DNA of 64,000 nucleotides from an uncultured delta proteobacterium (GTDB lineage Bacteria; Desulfobacterota; Binatia; UBA9968): contig CAWJBB010000039.1 in the NCBI GenBank assembly GCA_963840855.1, positions 32,001-96,000 on the forward strand, in the 5' to 3' direction. A model generated the notes under the pieces. It saw only the letters and a program-made list of their open reading frames with translations. It did no database searches and was not told the DNA's origin. Numbering within the stretch: position 1 is the first letter of the stretch; each line of letters opens with the position of its first letter. Shown here one piece after another: positions 62,078 through 64,000 of this stretch. Both the position numbers and the translations under genes were made by a program.

Positions 62078-62210
62078 GGTTTAAAGTTCAAGGTTCAAAG
62101 TTCAAAGTTTCCGATACGAAGGAGTCCGTCTGTAAAACCGCGAGAGGCCGAATTGGGGCATCGCATCGTGCGAATCCGGAACCTTGAACTTTGAACCTTG
62201 AACTTTGAAC
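62078..62210. repeat. Heptamer inverted-repeat element F
   Basis: GGTTTAAAGTTCAAGGTTCAAAGTTCAAAGTT ... AACCTTGAACTTTGAACCTTGAACTTTGAAC between convergent genes. Confidence 0.9.
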
Positions 62211-62215
62211 GGAAG

Positions 62216-62965
62216 TTAGAACATATAGCTGCCGCAGTTGATATTGTAGGACTGTCCAGTGATGAACGCCGCCGCGTCGCTGGCAAGAAACAGGATCGGT
62301 CCGGCGATGTCCTCGGGCTCGAGCACATGGGGCAACGGCGTCGAGCGCAGCCGCGCCATGATTTCTTCTTCGGTACGGTGTTGGCGGGGCATAGCGGTAT
62401 TTGCCGAGCCTGGACAAATGGCATTGACGGTAATCCCATCCGGTCCCAGCTCGCGGGCCAGCGCCTTGACGAATCCCATCACCGCGGCCTTCGACGCGGC
62501 ATAATGGGAGAATTGCCTCATACCGTAATGGCCGATGCCGGATGCGAGGCTGATAATCCGGCCGCTTTTTTGCGCGCGCATGGCCGGCACGAACTCCCGG
62601 CAACAGAGGAAGTTGCTGCCGACGTTGACGTCCATGGTGCGATCCCAATCCTGTTCGGACAGGTCAACCACCGACGCCTTGGGAAAATAAATGCCGGCAA
62701 CGTTTACCAGGATGTCGGCGCGGCCAAAATGGCCGAACGTTTCCTTCGCCATGCGCTTGACGGAGGATTCACTGGCGACGTTGACTTCGACGGCGAGCCC
62801 TTGGGCGCCAAGTGCGTGTATTTCACCTGCCACGGACTGGGCTTTCTCGCCCTGCAAGTCGGCGACGACAACTTTCGCTCCTTCTCGACCCATGCCGAGG
62901 GCGACGGCCCGGCCGATCCCTTGCGCCCCACCCGTGACAACCGCAACTTTGTCTTTGAGTCTCAT
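62216..62965 (-). CDS. SDR-family oxidoreductase (FabG-like)
   Basis: TGGAQGIG, YAASK, NAICPG. Confidence 0.92.
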   Translation of the reverse strand: MRLKDKVAVVTGGAQGIGRAVALGMGREGAKVVVADLQGEKAQSVAGEIHALGAQGLAVEVNVASESSVKRMAKETFGHFGRADILVNVAGIYFPKASVVDLSEQDWDRTMDVNVGSNFLCCREFVPAMRAQKSGRIISLASGIGHYGMRQFSHYAASKAAVMGFVKALARELGPDGITVNAICPGSANTAMPRQHRTEEEIMARLRSTPLPHVLEPEDIAGPILFLASDAAAFITGQSYNINCGSYMF

Positions 62966-63714
62966 GGCATCACCAGCCCGCCGTTCACATGAAGAGTTTG
63001 CCCGGTAATCGCCGCGGCTTCGGCCGTGGTGAGGAAATAATACATCTCGGCCAAATCCTCAGGCTGCCCGGTTCGGCCGAGCGGGATGGACGAATACCAA
63101 CGCTGCTTGCGCGCCTCTGGAGTTTCTTTTTCCATTACCCGCGGCGTATCGGTGGGACCGGGCGCCACCGTGTTGGCTAGAATGCCGTCGGGCGCCAGCT
63201 CGAGAGCAAGCGATTTCGTAAAACTGATGATACCAGCCTTGGCGGCCGCATAAGGCGCGCGCAACGCCGAGCCGGTGACGCCATAGTTGGACGCTGTGTT
63301 CATGATGCGCCCGCTTTTTTGCCTTTGCATGACCGGCGCGACTTCGCGGCACATGAGAAAAGTGCCCTTCACATTAGTATCGATGACCTGCTTCCACTCG
63401 GCCCAGGTGAATTCTTCGATGCGCTTGGTGTAAAAGCTGCCGCCGGCGATATTGGCTAGTACATCGATGCGGCCGAAGCGCTGCGCGACGTCGGTGACGA
63501 GCGCCTTTACCTCACGCCCCTGGGTCACATCCACCGAGAGCGCCTCCGCCTTGCCGCCGCCGGATTTGATCTCCGCGCTGACTTGCTCTGCCGCGGCGTG
63601 ATCGTAATCCGCGATGACGACAATCATGCCGGCAACGGCCATGCGCCGCGCCACGGCGCCACCGATACCGCCGCCGCCTCCCGTGAGCAAAGCTACTTGG
63701 GCCGCTTGATTCAT
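62962..63714 (-). CDS. SDR-family oxidoreductase (FabG-like)
   Basis: TGGGGGIG, YAAAK, NTVAPG. Confidence 0.92.
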   Translation of the reverse strand: MNQAAQVALLTGGGGGIGGAVARRMAVAGMIVVIADYDHAAAEQVSAEIKSGGGKAEALSVDVTQGREVKALVTDVAQRFGRIDVLANIAGGSFYTKRIEEFTWAEWKQVIDTNVKGTFLMCREVAPVMQRQKSGRIMNTASNYGVTGSALRAPYAAAKAGIISFTKSLALELAPDGILANTVAPGPTDTPRVMEKETPEARKQRWYSSIPLGRTGQPEDLAEMYYFLTTAEAAAITGQTLHVNGGLVMP

Positions 63715-64000
63715 ACGCTTTCTCCATCGGCCGCCGTCGCATAGATCGCGCTGATGATTTTTTCATACCGTTCTTGCACGGCCTTGCGCTCGATTTTGAT
63801 TTTCTCGAAGACGCTGACGCTGCGCACCTCCGGCGGAAAATCGGACGGCATAATGCCAAACTTGCGGACCCGTTCGTACGCTTCCAGCGATCTATTGATC
63901 TCCTCCAGGCGCGACCGGATCAATGCCTCGATTGCACCATCGCTCAGGGCAGACTCGGCTTTCTTCAGCTCGGCGGCCATTAGCTTTTTATCAGGCACGA
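63711..64000 (-). CDS. C-terminal end of a long-chain acyl-CoA synthetase-like AMP-binding protein (partial)
   Basis: INRSLEAYERVRKF..K..RKAVQERYEKIISAIY resembles the FadD15-type C-terminus. Confidence 0.6.
   Translation of the reverse strand, partial: VPDKKLMAAELKKAESALSDGAIEALIRSRLEEINRSLEAYERVRKFGIMPSDFPPEVRSVSVFEKIKIERKAVQERYEKIISAIYATAADGESV

Noticed and set aside
33400-64000. Numerous long antisense or overlapping ORFs in the track (e.g. 43860..44771, 53643..54620)
   Set aside because: Shadow frames of GC-rich, well-identified genes
1-64000. tRNA, rRNA, integron attC arrays, prophage or defence genes
   Set aside because: None recognised; heptamer hairpins lack attC cassette organisation and no integron integrase is present

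Overview
Bacterial genomic DNA. The gene repertoire (NMT1-like binding proteins, Rieske oxygenase, amidohydrolase, heptamer intergenic repeats) suggests a deltaproteobacterial-type lineage such as Binatota; this is inference only. The left half (1-33 kb) is an accessory cell-surface island with two Wzm/Wzt glycan exporters, sulfotransferases, methyltransferases, glycosyltransferases, rmlD and IS debris. Interleaved with these are six secreted proteins: a PQQ sugar dehydrogenase, a Kelch protein, two purple-acid-phosphatase paralogues, a three-repeat beta protein and a HExxH protease. All six carry the same C-terminal module of exactly six FG-GAP/VCBS-like repeats, and five end in P-I-N-stop. 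This module is the best candidate for an undescribed surface-display or anchoring system, with DNA evidence of module exchange between genes. The right half (33-64 kb) is core and metabolic: lptD, folC, trpABFCD, a SPOR protein, argS, an aromatic-acid catabolism-like cluster, a sigma54-preceded C2H2 zinc-finger microprotein and SDRs. It is punctuated by hairpins built from 6-, 7- and 8-mer tandem repeats and by REP-like elements. The many single-base frameshifts (one in essential folC) are probably sequencing errors.
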